The notes below the pieces were generated by a model. The model ran no database searches and had not been told where the DNA came from. It saw only the letters and a list, made by a program, of their open reading frames with translations. Of a DNA stretch of 64,000 bases, positions 1-8,820 are shown in pieces. The position numbers and the translations under genes were made by a program. Every line of letters begins with the position of its first letter. The first letter of the stretch is position 1. The DNA is taken from IMG/VR virus record IMGVR_UViG_3300046616_000314, positions 372,001-436,000 of that record; one strand, given 5' to 3'.

Positions 1-80
1 TAAAGCTCGCGACGTTTCGCCCAACCGTTGAAGTGGGTCAGCTTGAATACTTGTTCTTCTGTGAGATAGAGATAAAACAT
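1..80 (-). CDS. Partial ORF (MFYLYLTEEQVFKLTHFNGWAKRREL...) running off the left edge; probably the next array member
   Basis: ATG at 80 lies just after the stop of member 1; frame is open to position 1. Confidence 0.55.
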   Translation of the reverse strand, partial: MFYLYLTEEQVFKLTHFNGWAKRREL

Positions 81-87
81 GAGATAT

Positions 88-354
88 TTATAGCCATTTC
101 AATTTGAACAATGTCGCGTCATCTTCAGATTGGAATTCAATACTGTAGCTATTGATAGTTTTGTCTTCGGGGTCTTCATCAGACCAATTAAGGTGCGTGG
201 TGATCTTGATGTCATATCCCAGGTTGTCGAGACACCATTCACAAACTTCTTTGCCATGGATAGCAGGACGATAGTCGCGACCAATATAGCTCCATTCACA
301 GAGTAAGGTGTAGCCCTTCTCTTTGGTCAAATGCAATCGCGAAGTCATAGCCAT
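88..354 (-). CDS. FKLKW-family paralog, array member 1
   Basis: Ends IEFQSEDDATLFKLKWL; has EWCLDN core. Confidence 0.88.
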   Translation of the reverse strand: MAMTSRLHLTKEKGYTLLCEWSYIGRDYRPAIHGKEVCEWCLDNLGYDIKITTHLNWSDEDPEDKTINSYSIEFQSEDDATLFKLKWL

Positions 355-665
355 TTCATCTTGAACATCAGTAGATCGGCTGCGGTCTTGAATTTCAAAG
401 AATAGTAATGGGTGGCGTCCGAATGTTTGGGAGCTTTGTGACGCAGAAATAGCGGAACAAGTTCTAGATTTTGATCACACCATTCTTCAATATTTGCGGC
501 TAGTCTATAGCTATTGCACAAACGGTTGCCGACCATGCGAAAAACAAAATAGTCTCGCCAGTTCGCGCTTGGAACATCGATGGTAATTTTGTTTCGCACT
601 GATATTGGCACCTTGATTACGTGCTTCAGGTCTGATGCGCGAAGGTTTCTGGGATACTCAGTCAT
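345..665 (-). CDS. FKLKW-family paralog, member 2
   Basis: Ends LKFKTAADLLMFKMKWL; EWCDQN core. Confidence 0.88.
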   Translation of the reverse strand: MTEYPRNLRASDLKHVIKVPISVRNKITIDVPSANWRDYFVFRMVGNRLCNSYRLAANIEEWCDQNLELVPLFLRHKAPKHSDATHYYSLKFKTAADLLMFKMKWL

Positions 666-937
666 AGAAATTTCAACTTGAACTGGACCAATTGTTCGTC
701 AGTGGAATCAGGCAAACAAATCAGCCATTCGTTACCAATCATTCCGCTATTACACGTGATGTACGGAAGGGGATCGAACCCGGCGATCTTACACCATTCG
801 ATTTCATCTGGCTTGGTGATGTTGTACTCAAGTTCTTTCCCCTTCAGAACCGAGACACCATAGGGCGACCACGTTGCGAAACGAGTGAGCAACTGAGTAA
901 TGTCGATGTCGATATAGCGATCTTGTTTCATAGCCAC
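662..937 (-). CDS. FKLKW-family paralog, member 3
   Basis: Ends TDEQLVQFKLKFL; EWCKIA core. Confidence 0.88.
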   Translation of the reverse strand: MAMKQDRYIDIDITQLLTRFATWSPYGVSVLKGKELEYNITKPDEIEWCKIAGFDPLPYITCNSGMIGNEWLICLPDSTDEQLVQFKLKFL

Positions 938-1185
938 TTCAACTTGAACAGGGTCGCATCTTCTTCAGATCGAAATACCAGCTTGAGTTTTCCTACGTCT
1001 GGTTGATCAGCTTCTTGAATCCGGGGCGTAGCAATCTTGTTTTCAACACACCATTTTTTGATAGGAGGTACCCAACGGTATATGAAATATGGATTCCCCT
1101 CACTGGGATGATAATCAGGATTATGCTCTGAAAGGGTCAGAGGAATCAATGCGATATATTGACAAACGAGTGCAGTCATAGCCAC
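928..1185 (-). CDS. FKLKW-family paralog, member 4
   Basis: Ends LVFRSEEDATLFKLKWL; KWCVEN core. Confidence 0.88.
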   Translation of the reverse strand: MAMTALVCQYIALIPLTLSEHNPDYHPSEGNPYFIYRWVPPIKKWCVENKIATPRIQEADQPDVGKLKLVFRSEEDATLFKLKWL

Positions 1186-1400
1186 TTCATCTTGAACATC
1201 AACGCGGTTTCTTCGTCATCGAACACCAGTCGGAATTCTTCGTCGTCCCAGGACAGAGCGGGCATGGTAATCTTGTTGGTGGCGCACCATGACGCGACTT
1301 GCGGTCTCCAATTACACACATAGTTACCGTCTTGTGGGTAAGCGTCGATAACCAATTTAAATATCTGCATTTGTGGATAAAGATATTCAGTCATAGCCAC
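1176..1400 (-). CDS. FKLKW-family paralog, member 5
   Basis: Ends LVFDDEETALMFKMKWL; SWCATN core. Confidence 0.88.
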   Translation of the reverse strand: MAMTEYLYPQMQIFKLVIDAYPQDGNYVCNWRPQVASWCATNKITMPALSWDDEEFRLVFDDEETALMFKMKWL

Positions 1401-1615
1401 TTCAGCTTGAATAACGTTGCGTCTTCATCGTTGCGATATCCTATCCGAAACTCTTGATCGTCTATTATGCTTTGGCGCAAGTATGGGATGATGATATCGT
1501 TGGCGATACACCACTTACTGACAGCCTCGTGCCAATACCACATGCCTGAAGGTCTATTACAGCGGCATAGGTCTTTCAGTTGCGTGTATGTGTAGTAGAT
1601 GAGGATCATCGCCAT
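1391..1615 (-). CDS. FKLKW-family paralog, member 6
   Basis: Ends YRNDEDATLFKLKWL; KWCIAN core. Confidence 0.88.
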   Translation of the reverse strand: MAMILIYYTYTQLKDLCRCNRPSGMWYWHEAVSKWCIANDIIIPYLRQSIIDDQEFRIGYRNDEDATLFKLKWL

Positions 1616-1836
1616 TTCAGTTTGAAGAGTGCCGCTTCTTCTTCGGTGTCGATAAACATATCATGAACCCAATCTGTAATATAGCCCACACGACTATAAA
1701 TTGGACAAGAATCTATATTATATACTATGCGATTATCGAAGCACCATTTCTCCATTTCGGGAAGCAACTCCCATTCATTCCAATCAAATTGGGTGACTTC
1801 GCGGTCGTATAGACTGATACGGGTACGGACCATCAC
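1606..1836 (-). CDS. FKLKW-family paralog, member 7
   Basis: Ends IDTEEEAALFKLKWR; KWCFDN core. Confidence 0.88.
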   Translation of the reverse strand: MMVRTRISLYDREVTQFDWNEWELLPEMEKWCFDNRIVYNIDSCPIYSRVGYITDWVHDMFIDTEEEAALFKLKWR

Positions 1837-1994
1837 ACACCGGGTATGTGTCTAGAGTGATATTCCCGTTGATAATCGCTACACTGATCAAAATAGCCCG
1901 TCATGCAGATGGGACATTCGGGTTGATAATGTTCCTCTTCTTGCGAAGACCCTTGCCACCAATTCCAGATAGCCTTGAGAATTTTCATAGCCAT
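1833..1994 (-). CDS. 53-aa non-family passenger gene with a CPIC motif (MAMKILKAIWNWWQGSSQEEEHYQPECPICMTGYFDQCSDYQREYHSRHIPGV)
   Basis: Translated by hand (below the ORF-track cutoff); starts in the standard junction of member 8 and its TGA overlaps the start of member 7. Confidence 0.75.
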   Translation of the reverse strand: MAMKILKAIWNWWQGSSQEEEHYQPECPICMTGYFDQCSDYQREYHSRHIPGV

Positions 1995-2245
1995 TTGAAC
2001 CTAAACATCACGGCATCTTCGGGAGATTTGAACAGATAGCCGATATGTCTCGATGGGTGAGCCGCATTAGTGAACTCAGGGAAATATCCTAGACTATCCA
2101 CGCACCATTCATAGATGGTTTCTTCAAACGCTATGTATGCATCGGGACCGGCTGTCTTGTTATTACTATGCCACGTCAATAGGTCGCGGATGCCTTCAAA
2201 GACAACATGACAATCAATGATTTCGAAATTATAGGTCATAGCCAC
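1985..2245 (-). CDS. FKLKW-family paralog, member 8
   Basis: Ends LFKSPEDAVMFRFKWL; EWCVDS core. Confidence 0.88.
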   Translation of the reverse strand: MAMTYNFEIIDCHVVFEGIRDLLTWHSNNKTAGPDAYIAFEETIYEWCVDSLGYFPEFTNAAHPSRHIGYLFKSPEDAVMFRFKWL

Positions 2246-2517
2246 TTCAGCTTGAATAGCATCGCAGTCTCTTCGTCACATTCCAGATGGACATAACCAA
2301 TAACGGTTTCCGGCTGTGGATGATCCGCAAGCGCGCCCGTGATAAAGAATTCTTCTATAATAAAGAGAATGGGTGCATTGCCGATGCCGTTCTTTTTGCA
2401 CCATCGTATTTGGGATAAATTCTGTAAAACATAGCCACGATCTACCGTATCCCAAAGATATTCGGAACAGCGTTCAAGACCAAAGATTTCGTAATAGGTC
2501 ATCGGAAGTTTCGTCAT
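2236..2517 (-). CDS. FKLKW-family paralog, member 9
   Basis: Ends CDEETAMLFKLKWL; RWCKKN core. Confidence 0.88.
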   Translation of the reverse strand: MTKLPMTYYEIFGLERCSEYLWDTVDRGYVLQNLSQIRWCKKNGIGNAPILFIIEEFFITGALADHPQPETVIGYVHLECDEETAMLFKLKWL

Positions 2518-2777
2518 AGGAACTTCATCTTAAACATCATCGCAACTTCCATGTCGTTGGTACCTATATAGACATAGGCGACAAAATTATCCCTTCGGTA
2601 CATTTCTGTATCAACGATCAACTCCGGTGGTCCTATGATGCCATTCTTATAGCACCATTCCAACTGACCCTGGTTGCGCAAAGCATACCCGGATATTGTG
2701 TTCTCCCAAAGCCAGTCTTCGAATTTACGGGATACAAAAACTTCATCATATGTTACGGCTATTTTGATCATAGCCAT
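2514..2777 (-). CDS. FKLKW-family paralog, member 10 (sister of 9)
   Basis: Ends DMEVAMMFKMKFL; EWCYKNG core. Confidence 0.88.
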   Translation of the reverse strand: MAMIKIAVTYDEVFVSRKFEDWLWENTISGYALRNQGQLEWCYKNGIIGPPELIVDTEMYRRDNFVAYVYIGTNDMEVAMMFKMKFL

Positions 2778-3025
2778 TTCATCTTGAACAAAATGAAGTC
2801 TTCTTCAGTCCCGCCAGGGAACACCAATATCCATTCACCGGTTGGTATCGAATGCAAATGAGGACGGGCGATTTTATGCTCTCTAAACCAATTCAATTCG
2901 GGATGACGCACGGGCGCGAATGGTCGATCACCTGTTCGCCCATGGCGAGGCGCCATATGATCGCGCTCCCAATGCCCGATCTTATCCATGACAACTTCGT
3001 GGGGGATTGGAAAATCCATCAACAA
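2768..3025 (-). CDS. FKLKW-family paralog, member 11
   Basis: Ends TEEDFILFKMKWL. Confidence 0.88.
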   Translation of the reverse strand: MLMDFPIPHEVVMDKIGHWERDHMAPRHGRTGDRPFAPVRHPELNWFREHKIARPHLHSIPTGEWILVFPGGTEEDFILFKMKWL

Positions 3026-3252
3026 AACTTCAGTTTAAAAGCGATAGCTTGTTCTTCGGTGCAATCCAACGTTATGCTCCAAATCGAGGTTTGCATATCG
3101 CAGGTAGCCAATATCGTATCAAAAATTTCGTTCTTCGTACACCATTGTTTGATGTCGGCTCTGTCGATGATATAGGCTGTCAAATTATCATTCCAGTAAT
3201 ACACACCGCGCAGAACATCATTGGTGTGTTGAACATGAATATTCATAGCCAT
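3019..3252 (-). CDS. FKLKW-family paralog, member 12
   Basis: Ends CTEEQAIAFKLKFC; QWCTKN core. Confidence 0.88.
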   Translation of the reverse strand: MAMNIHVQHTNDVLRGVYYWNDNLTAYIIDRADIKQWCTKNEIFDTILATCDMQTSIWSITLDCTEEQAIAFKLKFC

Positions 3253-3518
3253 TTAATTCGCAACAACAGCAGTTGATCTTCGGTTGCATCTTCCCAGAAT
3301 AAAACCCAAGAATCGGGGTCCGAACGTAGATAAAACAAACACGGTATCGTGGGTGGTCCTTGTAGCTTACACCATTCAAGAATGTCGTCATCATTCAACG
3401 GATAGGCGGTGCGAGCATCAGGAAACAAACTTTGAACATACGTGGTAGTATCGTCATTCCGATACCAACCACGCCCCATATTGGCGACCTGATGATGGGT
3501 AAAATTTGCTATAGCCAT
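3243..3518 (-). CDS. FKLKW-family paralog, member 13
   Basis: Ends ATEDQLLLLRIKWL; EWCKLQ core. Confidence 0.85.
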   Translation of the reverse strand: MAIANFTHHQVANMGRGWYRNDDTTTYVQSLFPDARTAYPLNDDDILEWCKLQGPPTIPCLFYLRSDPDSWVLFWEDATEDQLLLLRIKWL

Positions 3519-3760
3519 TTCAGTTTGAACACCGTTGCTTGTTCATCGTCATAGAATCTCAAGAAATATCGAATACGATATTTTACACCACCTTTGATAG
3601 GACAGGGTGTTAAAAATTCTTGCTCGCGATCAATGTCAGGAATGACAATAGTATTTTTCACACACCATGTGTTGATAGCCCGGCTTAAAGTCGTCGTGGT
3701 GTTATTGCCATGAGTCAGCATCATGAGTTTATAGAATGAAACCTCTATTCTCACATCCAT
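3509..3760 (-). CDS. FKLKW-family paralog, member 14
   Basis: Ends LRFYDDEQATVFKLKWL; TWCVKN core. Confidence 0.88.
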   Translation of the reverse strand: MDVRIEVSFYKLMMLTHGNNTTTTLSRAINTWCVKNTIVIPDIDREQEFLTPCPIKGGVKYRIRYFLRFYDDEQATVFKLKWL

Positions 3761-4014
3761 TTGAGTTTAAACGCCGTAGCGTCTTCCTCTGTCTCGAATG
3801 ATGCGAAGTATCTGCGATTGGTTACGGACCAATTAGGCTCAAGCATGACAAGCGGAGGCTTGGACAGATTTAATGCACACCATGCCTCAATATGAGGATG
3901 AAATTCGGTTCGCAGTCTAAGCGGATGCCCCGACATCTGGCTATTGATCAGATTTCGATACTCAGGCGTTGGATAAGGATAGGTGTGACAATCGACCATT
4001 ATACTTACAGCCAT
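3751..4014 (-). CDS. FKLKW-family paralog, member 15
   Basis: Ends SFETEEDATAFKLKWM; AWCALN core. Confidence 0.88.
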   Translation of the reverse strand: MAVSIMVDCHTYPYPTPEYRNLINSQMSGHPLRLRTEFHPHIEAWCALNLSKPPLVMLEPNWSVTNRRYFASFETEEDATAFKLKWM

Positions 4015-4268
4015 TTGAGACTAAACGCCAAAGCGTCTTCCCCACTGGCAAATGTGCCGTAGAAATTGATCATGTATGATCTAGAATCTTGGCTATTATC
4101 CCACACGGTTTCGACTTCGGGCAATGCCGAAATATGTTCTTTGCACCATTCTTCAACGGGTCGTATGAGACCTCGCGCGGGAGCCGTTACAGTGGTTCTT
4201 ACAACCCCAGTGTATTTGAAGCCATCTTCGGGGTAATGGGTATCGATAAGAATTCTCATGATGCCCAT
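4005..4268 (-). CDS. FKLKW-family paralog, member 16
   Basis: Ends TFASGEDALAFSLKWL; EWCKEH core. Confidence 0.88.
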   Translation of the reverse strand: MGIMRILIDTHYPEDGFKYTGVVRTTVTAPARGLIRPVEEWCKEHISALPEVETVWDNSQDSRSYMINFYGTFASGEDALAFSLKWL

Positions 4269-4534
4269 TTCAGTTTGAATAGAGTGGCGTCTTCTTCATT
4301 TTTAAAACAACTGACTACTTGATCGTCACGACTGACTTTCGTTAAATTTCCAGCCATAATATAAAACGTCGGCGGAATATAACCCAAGTTCGCATGACAC
4401 CATTTGTCATACGCGGAGCCATAGTTTTCGGTATGACCTTCGGGATAGCGGTCGCGCCAAGTGGCATACCATCCTTCGGTCTCATAGAATGCATCTATGG
4501 AGAATTCACATTCGTATGGAAAATCTATAGCCAT
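4256..4534 (-). CDS. FKLKW-family paralog, member 17
   Basis: Ends CFKNEEDATLFKLKWAS; KWCHAN core. Confidence 0.88.
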   Translation of the reverse strand: MAIDFPYECEFSIDAFYETEGWYATWRDRYPEGHTENYGSAYDKWCHANLGYIPPTFYIMAGNLTKVSRDDQVVSCFKNEEDATLFKLKWAS

Positions 4535-4800
4535 TTGAGCTTGAACGAAATCATTTCTTCTTCAGAATAAAATGTTAGCACGAACGCAGGCGAATTAACA
4601 TATTCTTCATTCGAGAGGTTGTTCCGACGTGGATGGAATGATGACAACGGAGGATGCGAAAGATATTTCAGACACCAGTGTTTGATGTCTGGTCGCAGTA
4701 TCAAATTTCCACCGGCAAGTTCATACGCCAGAGAGTCTTTGTCCCACAAAGCCAAGGACTCTTTGACCGTGATAGTAATGGTGCTCATGATCATAACCAC
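4525..4800 (-). CDS. FKLKW-family paralog, member 18
   Basis: Ends LTFYSEEEMISFKLKWL; HWCLKY core. Confidence 0.88.
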   Translation of the reverse strand: MVMIMSTITITVKESLALWDKDSLAYELAGGNLILRPDIKHWCLKYLSHPPLSSFHPRRNNLSNEEYVNSPAFVLTFYSEEEMISFKLKWL

Positions 4801-5060
4801 TTCAATTTGAAAGCCAGGGCGTCTTCGTCGTGTTCGAAATGAAGTCTAACTTTCCACTTTAATTTTCCAGATGATAGAGCATCACCATCAGGGCGTTCCA
4901 GGCATTCAACATACGGGAATTTTTGTAACGCCTTTTCACACCACTGGCGTACAATATACACTAGAATCCAATCATCACGCATGGTGGGAATTACCAACTG
5001 GAATGGCGTTCGGTTGACGATTCCAGACCCGTATTCGTATTCAATAACCATTACAGCCAC
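4791..5060 (-). CDS. FKLKW-family paralog, member 19
   Basis: Ends LHFEHDEDALAFKLKWL; QWCEKA core. Confidence 0.88.
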   Translation of the reverse strand: MAVMVIEYEYGSGIVNRTPFQLVIPTMRDDWILVYIVRQWCEKALQKFPYVECLERPDGDALSSGKLKWKVRLHFEHDEDALAFKLKWL

Positions 5061-5320
5061 TTCAATTTGAAGACTAGGGCATCTTCATCGGATACGAAAT
5101 CTATAGAGTATTCCCATTGCCCAAAACGAGAACCAACGAAATCCACAACAGGTAGAGCAATGGCGTTATCTTCACACCATTGAGCGACTTCGGGCGAGAG
5201 TGTCATATCATCGACAAGCCGATCACCCGACAGCACGTTCAATTTAATGACCGGCTTATAATCCGCTGACAGGATATCCCCGATGCCTACGAGATAGGTA
5301 ATCGTTGTCATGTCAGCCAC
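5051..5320 (-). CDS. FKLKW-family paralog, member 20
   Basis: Ends IDFVSDEDALVFKLKWL; QWCEDN core. Confidence 0.88.
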   Translation of the reverse strand: MADMTTITYLVGIGDILSADYKPVIKLNVLSGDRLVDDMTLSPEVAQWCEDNAIALPVVDFVGSRFGQWEYSIDFVSDEDALVFKLKWL

Positions 5321-5544
5321 TTCAATGCGAATACGGTCGCATCTTCATCTGATTTGAATTCAAGATAGAACGTATCGTCACCACCGAATCTTCCGGCGTA
5401 TTCCACTTTGGGAAGCATGGACAGATGTTTGTGACACCAGTGTCGTGCATCGTCGGTAAGCATCCACTTGCCGCCGAAACGATCAACGAGCCATTTTACC
5501 ATTGCTGGTTTTGGCAAAATGTATTCGAGAACGATCATAGCCAT
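5308..5544 (-). CDS. FKLKW-family paralog, member 21
   Basis: Ends LEFKSDEDATVFALKWLT; start placed at the junction MAM (track gives 5565). Confidence 0.85.
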   Translation of the reverse strand: MAMIVLEYILPKPAMVKWLVDRFGGKWMLTDDARHWCHKHLSMLPKVEYAGRFGGDDTFYLEFKSDEDATVFALKWLT

Positions 5545-5795
5545 TTCAACTTGAACGCGGTACAATCTTCGTCTGTTTCAAATCTAAGTTCAACAACCCA
5601 CGATTCTGGTTTGATGAACTTTAATTGTTCCGCGCGAGGAATTGCAGATAGATGCTTAGCCGCCCAATCTTTTGCTTTCGGCATTAATTCCCATACCATG
5701 GGATTACCACTGGTGTCCGATGGACTAACGAGACCGTCGTACTGAAGACTTATCAATTGATCAAATGTTAAAGTTAGAAGAATGTTCATAGCCAT
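5535..5795 (-). CDS. FKLKW-family paralog, member 22
   Basis: Ends LRFETDEDCTAFKLKWL. Confidence 0.88.
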   Translation of the reverse strand: MAMNILLTLTFDQLISLQYDGLVSPSDTSGNPMVWELMPKAKDWAAKHLSAIPRAEQLKFIKPESWVVELRFETDEDCTAFKLKWL

Positions 5796-6031
5796 TTCAA
5801 CTTAAAAAGTACGGCGTTCTCTTCGGTATTGAAATACGCAATGTAATGCGTTCCTGCCGAAAATTCAGGACGATACGAACGAAGATCAACGAGACCTTCC
5901 TTTCTCCATTCAACCACCGGGTCTCGATCTTGCGCATTAATGAGGCTGCTTCCGAAGGCTTTTTGAATCTTCGGAGGTTGGTCGTTTCTAATGGAGCGTA
6001 CCCAAGATACCTGAAATGGAGTCATAGCCAC
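5786..6031 (-). CDS. FKLKW-family paralog, member 23 (QPPKIQ subfamily)
   Basis: Ends AYFNTEENAVLFKLKWL. Confidence 0.88.
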   Translation of the reverse strand: MAMTPFQVSWVRSIRNDQPPKIQKAFGSSLINAQDRDPVVEWRKEGLVDLRSYRPEFSAGTHYIAYFNTEENAVLFKLKWL

Positions 6032-6261
6032 TTCATCCGAAATAGCAGGGCGTTCTCTTCAGTATCGAAATAGGCGGTATACTCTCTACCATTGGAGCCA
6101 TGCAGCCCGGCGGATATAGTGATAAGACCCTGCCATTCGTCCTTGGGTTCACGTGTGCGCGCAATATCAGTCGAAATGATCGTGCTACCGAAGACTGCTT
6201 GAATCTTCGGAGGTTGTTGGTTTGAACTCGTGCGCCGCCACTTTACCGGGATCATAACCAT
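6022..6261 (-). CDS. FKLKW-family paralog, member 24 (QPPKIQ subfamily)
   Basis: Ends AYFDTEENALLFRMKWL. Confidence 0.88.
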   Translation of the reverse strand: MVMIPVKWRRTSSNQQPPKIQAVFGSTIISTDIARTREPKDEWQGLITISAGLHGSNGREYTAYFDTEENALLFRMKWL

Positions 6262-6533
6262 TTCATCCGAAATAGGAGAGCGTCGTCTTCAGATTCAAAT
6301 CTAAAATATACCCAAGCGCGATGATCATTACCCGCGATTTTAACGGGTGACGATGCTCCGCGTTCTTTGAACGCTTGATACTGAAGAGATACAATCACAC
6401 CCGTAGCATCGCACCATTTCTGCACGGGTGGATCAAACATCACCGTCCATTGACCAAAACCGGTGAATGACACAAGGTTTTGTTTTCTGAAGTCTTGATA
6501 GAATTCAGTAATACATGCACCAGTCATAACCAC
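6252..6533 (-). CDS. FKLKW-family paralog, member 25
   Basis: Ends FRFESEDDALLFRMKWL; KWCDAT core. Confidence 0.88.
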   Translation of the reverse strand: MVMTGACITEFYQDFRKQNLVSFTGFGQWTVMFDPPVQKWCDATGVIVSLQYQAFKERGASSPVKIAGNDHRAWVYFRFESEDDALLFRMKWL

Positions 6534-6784
6534 TTAATCCTAAACATAGTGGCGTCATCATCCGACAGGAAATTGATTTGGAATTGATCAATGGTTGAAG
6601 TCACGATAGGGGAATATCCAAAGTTATCCATCGACCATGCTTGAATACTGTCAAGCAATTTCAACTGCCAAATTGTATTGGTGTTATTGTGGTCGCCCCA
6701 CTCGGCAATATCCCGATAGGGTTGAGCCTCTAGCGGATAGCCTACTTTCACATGAAGGATGATCGAATACATCGTTACATCCAC
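6524..6784 (-). CDS. FKLKW-family paralog, member 26
   Basis: Ends INFLSDDDATMFRIKWL. Confidence 0.88.
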   Translation of the reverse strand: MDVTMYSIILHVKVGYPLEAQPYRDIAEWGDHNNTNTIWQLKLLDSIQAWSMDNFGYSPIVTSTIDQFQINFLSDDDATMFRIKWL

Positions 6785-7332
6785 TTCAGCTTAAAATGAG
6801 ACGCTTCTTCTTCAGATGCGAAATAGATAATCACGTCGGTCGAGCCGAATGTAGATTGCATGGTGCGGTGATCTAGAATGAGAATGACGGGCGGAACCAC
6901 GTCTTGTTCGAAACACCATTCCAGAGTCTTCAGTTTCAAACGCATCTGCCAGGGGACAGCCGGGCTATCGAGGAACGTCGATTCGATGAGGTACTTGGGC
7001 GTCGTATATTGCATAGAGATATGCGCGCCATGGTTCAGGATGAACTTCTTGGCGTCATCGACCTTATGGAAGATCATGGCGCCCTGCCCGTCTAAATTGA
7101 CGATGGGGTTGACGGCTCTTAGCCCTGCGTTGGGTCTGACAGAGAAATTTCTGTTGATGGTGATGTCACAGACCATTTCGTGTTGGTTCAACCAATGCAC
7201 GACGGATTGTGTGACATCCGCATCGTATTCGTTGCCGTTCTTGCCTTCGAAGACAAAGCAGCTAGAAACAATCCCTAGTTCGAAATTGAAACTAGGGTCA
7301 TCGCGTGCTGTAATAACGGTCTTCACGATCAT
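6775..7332 (-). CDS. FKLKW-family double-domain paralog, member 27 (185 aa)
   Basis: Internal degenerate motif IFHKVDDAKKF plus terminal IYFASEEEASHFKLKWM. Confidence 0.88.
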   Translation of the reverse strand: MIVKTVITARDDPSFNFELGIVSSCFVFEGKNGNEYDADVTQSVVHWLNQHEMVCDITINRNFSVRPNAGLRAVNPIVNLDGQGAMIFHKVDDAKKFILNHGAHISMQYTTPKYLIESTFLDSPAVPWQMRLKLKTLEWCFEQDVVPPVILILDHRTMQSTFGSTDVIIYFASEEEASHFKLKWM

Positions 7333-7338
7333 GCGCCC

Positions 7339-7366
7339 ATTTTAGCACATGACGAGAATATCTCAA
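7339..7366 (-). promoter_or_regulatory. Internal early-type promoter TTGAGA-N16-TAAAAT with extended -10
   Basis: Lies in the 30-bp gap between members 28 and 27; same 16-bp spacing as the other early promoters in the window. Confidence 0.6.
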
Positions 7367-7557
7367 AGGAATTTTAGTCTGAAGAGTATAGCGTCTTCTT
7401 CATCTTCGAAGATGAAGACATAACCTAACGGACTTGTACTAAAGGAAACGTATTGTTTAGATTTCAACCACTCTCTGACTTCGGTAGCGAAAATGTATCC
7501 GGCTGCATTATAGTGAGCGATGGTCAAACACTCTTCATGCGTCAGGTAAACATTCAT
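7363..7557 (-). CDS. FKLKW-family paralog, member 28 (minimal, 64 aa)
   Basis: Ends FIFEDEEDAILFRLKFL. Confidence 0.88.
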   Translation of the reverse strand: MNVYLTHEECLTIAHYNAAGYIFATEVREWLKSKQYVSFSTSPLGYVFIFEDEEDAILFRLKFL

Positions 7558-7835
7558 AAGAACTTCAACTTGAACAGCATAAGCATTTCATCTGAGATTT
7601 GCTCAAAAGCAAAACGAGCTTTCCATTCCGCTGCGACGCTATCAGTCACATAGGATACAATGAGCGGCGGGATCGGGATGTTGTGCTTGTTGAACCAATC
7701 GAAAATTATACCAGAATCGATGCGATATAGCTTAATATGTTCCGCGCCTTTTCTTTCACTGTGAAGCAAGGTGGCACGACTCTTGAAGTGCGTAAAAGCC
7801 TTATCCCAAGTCATTTCAACTTCAGTCATGACCAT
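7554..7835 (-). CDS. FKLKW-family paralog, member 29
   Basis: Ends ISDEMLMLFKLKFL. Confidence 0.88.
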   Translation of the reverse strand: MVMTEVEMTWDKAFTHFKSRATLLHSERKGAEHIKLYRIDSGIIFDWFNKHNIPIPPLIVSYVTDSVAAEWKARFAFEQISDEMLMLFKLKFL

Positions 7836-8113
7836 TTCAACTTAAACAGTGTGATGAATTCGTCGGTAGCGGCATCATCGAAAACAATTTTACCTTGCCA
7901 TCCTGGCGAATCCAATGACATATCTCTAGGATGAAACACGATTAATTCTTGGATGGGGAAGCCGTGATGAGTACACCAGTTTGTAATTTCACCTGACACT
8001 ACCCGATAGCATAATGTCCAACGGTCACTTTTACTCTCCGTTTTCAACATTACCTCATGTTGGAAATAATGCACAAGCCTATGATATGGCATTTCAATAT
8101 GCATTAGAGCCAC
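7826..8113 (-). CDS. FKLKW-family paralog, member 30 (sister of 29)
   Basis: Ends ATDEFITLFKLKWS; NWCTHH core. Confidence 0.88.
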   Translation of the reverse strand: MALMHIEMPYHRLVHYFQHEVMLKTESKSDRWTLCYRVVSGEITNWCTHHGFPIQELIVFHPRDMSLDSPGWQGKIVFDDAATDEFITLFKLKWS

Positions 8114-8343
8114 TTCATCTTAAAGAGTAGGGCGTCGTCTTCGTTATCGAAATACAAAACGTAATCGCGAGAACGCGAGCCCTTTTCAAAAGCAAGGACT
8201 ATTTCAAATTCTGGCGCCTTGGTTAGATGCTTGGCGTTCCACTCTTCGACTTCGGCGCAGAATTGCCATGTCGTACCGCTATAGCGAACGAGGTATTTGT
8301 CGAACTGATTAAGGGTGCAAAAGACTTCAGTCAGCATTACCAT
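8104..8343 (-). CDS. FKLKW-family paralog, member 31
   Basis: Ends LYFDNEDDALLFKMKWL; start refined to MVMLTEV. Confidence 0.85.
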   Translation of the reverse strand: MVMLTEVFCTLNQFDKYLVRYSGTTWQFCAEVEEWNAKHLTKAPEFEIVLAFEKGSRSRDYVLYFDNEDDALLFKMKWL

Positions 8344-8573
8344 TCCAGGGCGGATGAGCCCCATTTCATTTTGAAGGTAACGGCATCTTCTTCACGATAG
8401 AAACAGATGTCGAAGGTCGTCCACCCCATCTTCTCGATTTTGAATTCTTTGATTTCGGCATTGCGAAACCATTCCCGAATCTCTTCACGAAATTCAGGAA
8501 GCCCATGCCGGATGGGATACTTGAACAAAAATTGTGTATCGGTGTTGACCGGGACTCGTGTGATCTCAACCAT
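8337..8573 (-). CDS. FKLKW-family paralog, member 32
   Basis: CFYREEDAVTFKMKWG plus a short tail. Confidence 0.88.
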   Translation of the reverse strand: MVEITRVPVNTDTQFLFKYPIRHGLPEFREEIREWFRNAEIKEFKIEKMGWTTFDICFYREEDAVTFKMKWGSSALEW

Positions 8574-8820
8574 TGGTATGCCATTTCAATTCGTAAAGAA
8601 CCATGTCTTCATCCGTGGCGAACGTGACATCGATCCACGTTTGGGATCGCTGCTTAGGACGCTGACCGCTATTCGCCCAGTTAAGTCGTTGCATGGCGGT
8701 CAACGGAATCAATTCGGAAACAGCCTCAAAGAGTGGTGATTCGGACAAATGATCCCGGCACCATTCCCGAACTTCATCCCAGGTTTCCACGGGGGTCCGA
8801 AATGTTCTAATCTTAGTCAT
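8566..8820 (-). CDS. FKLKW-family paralog, member 33
   Basis: TFATDEDMVLYELKWHTNG; EWCRDH core. Confidence 0.88.
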   Translation of the reverse strand: MTKIRTFRTPVETWDEVREWCRDHLSESPLFEAVSELIPLTAMQRLNWANSGQRPKQRSQTWIDVTFATDEDMVLYELKWHTNG

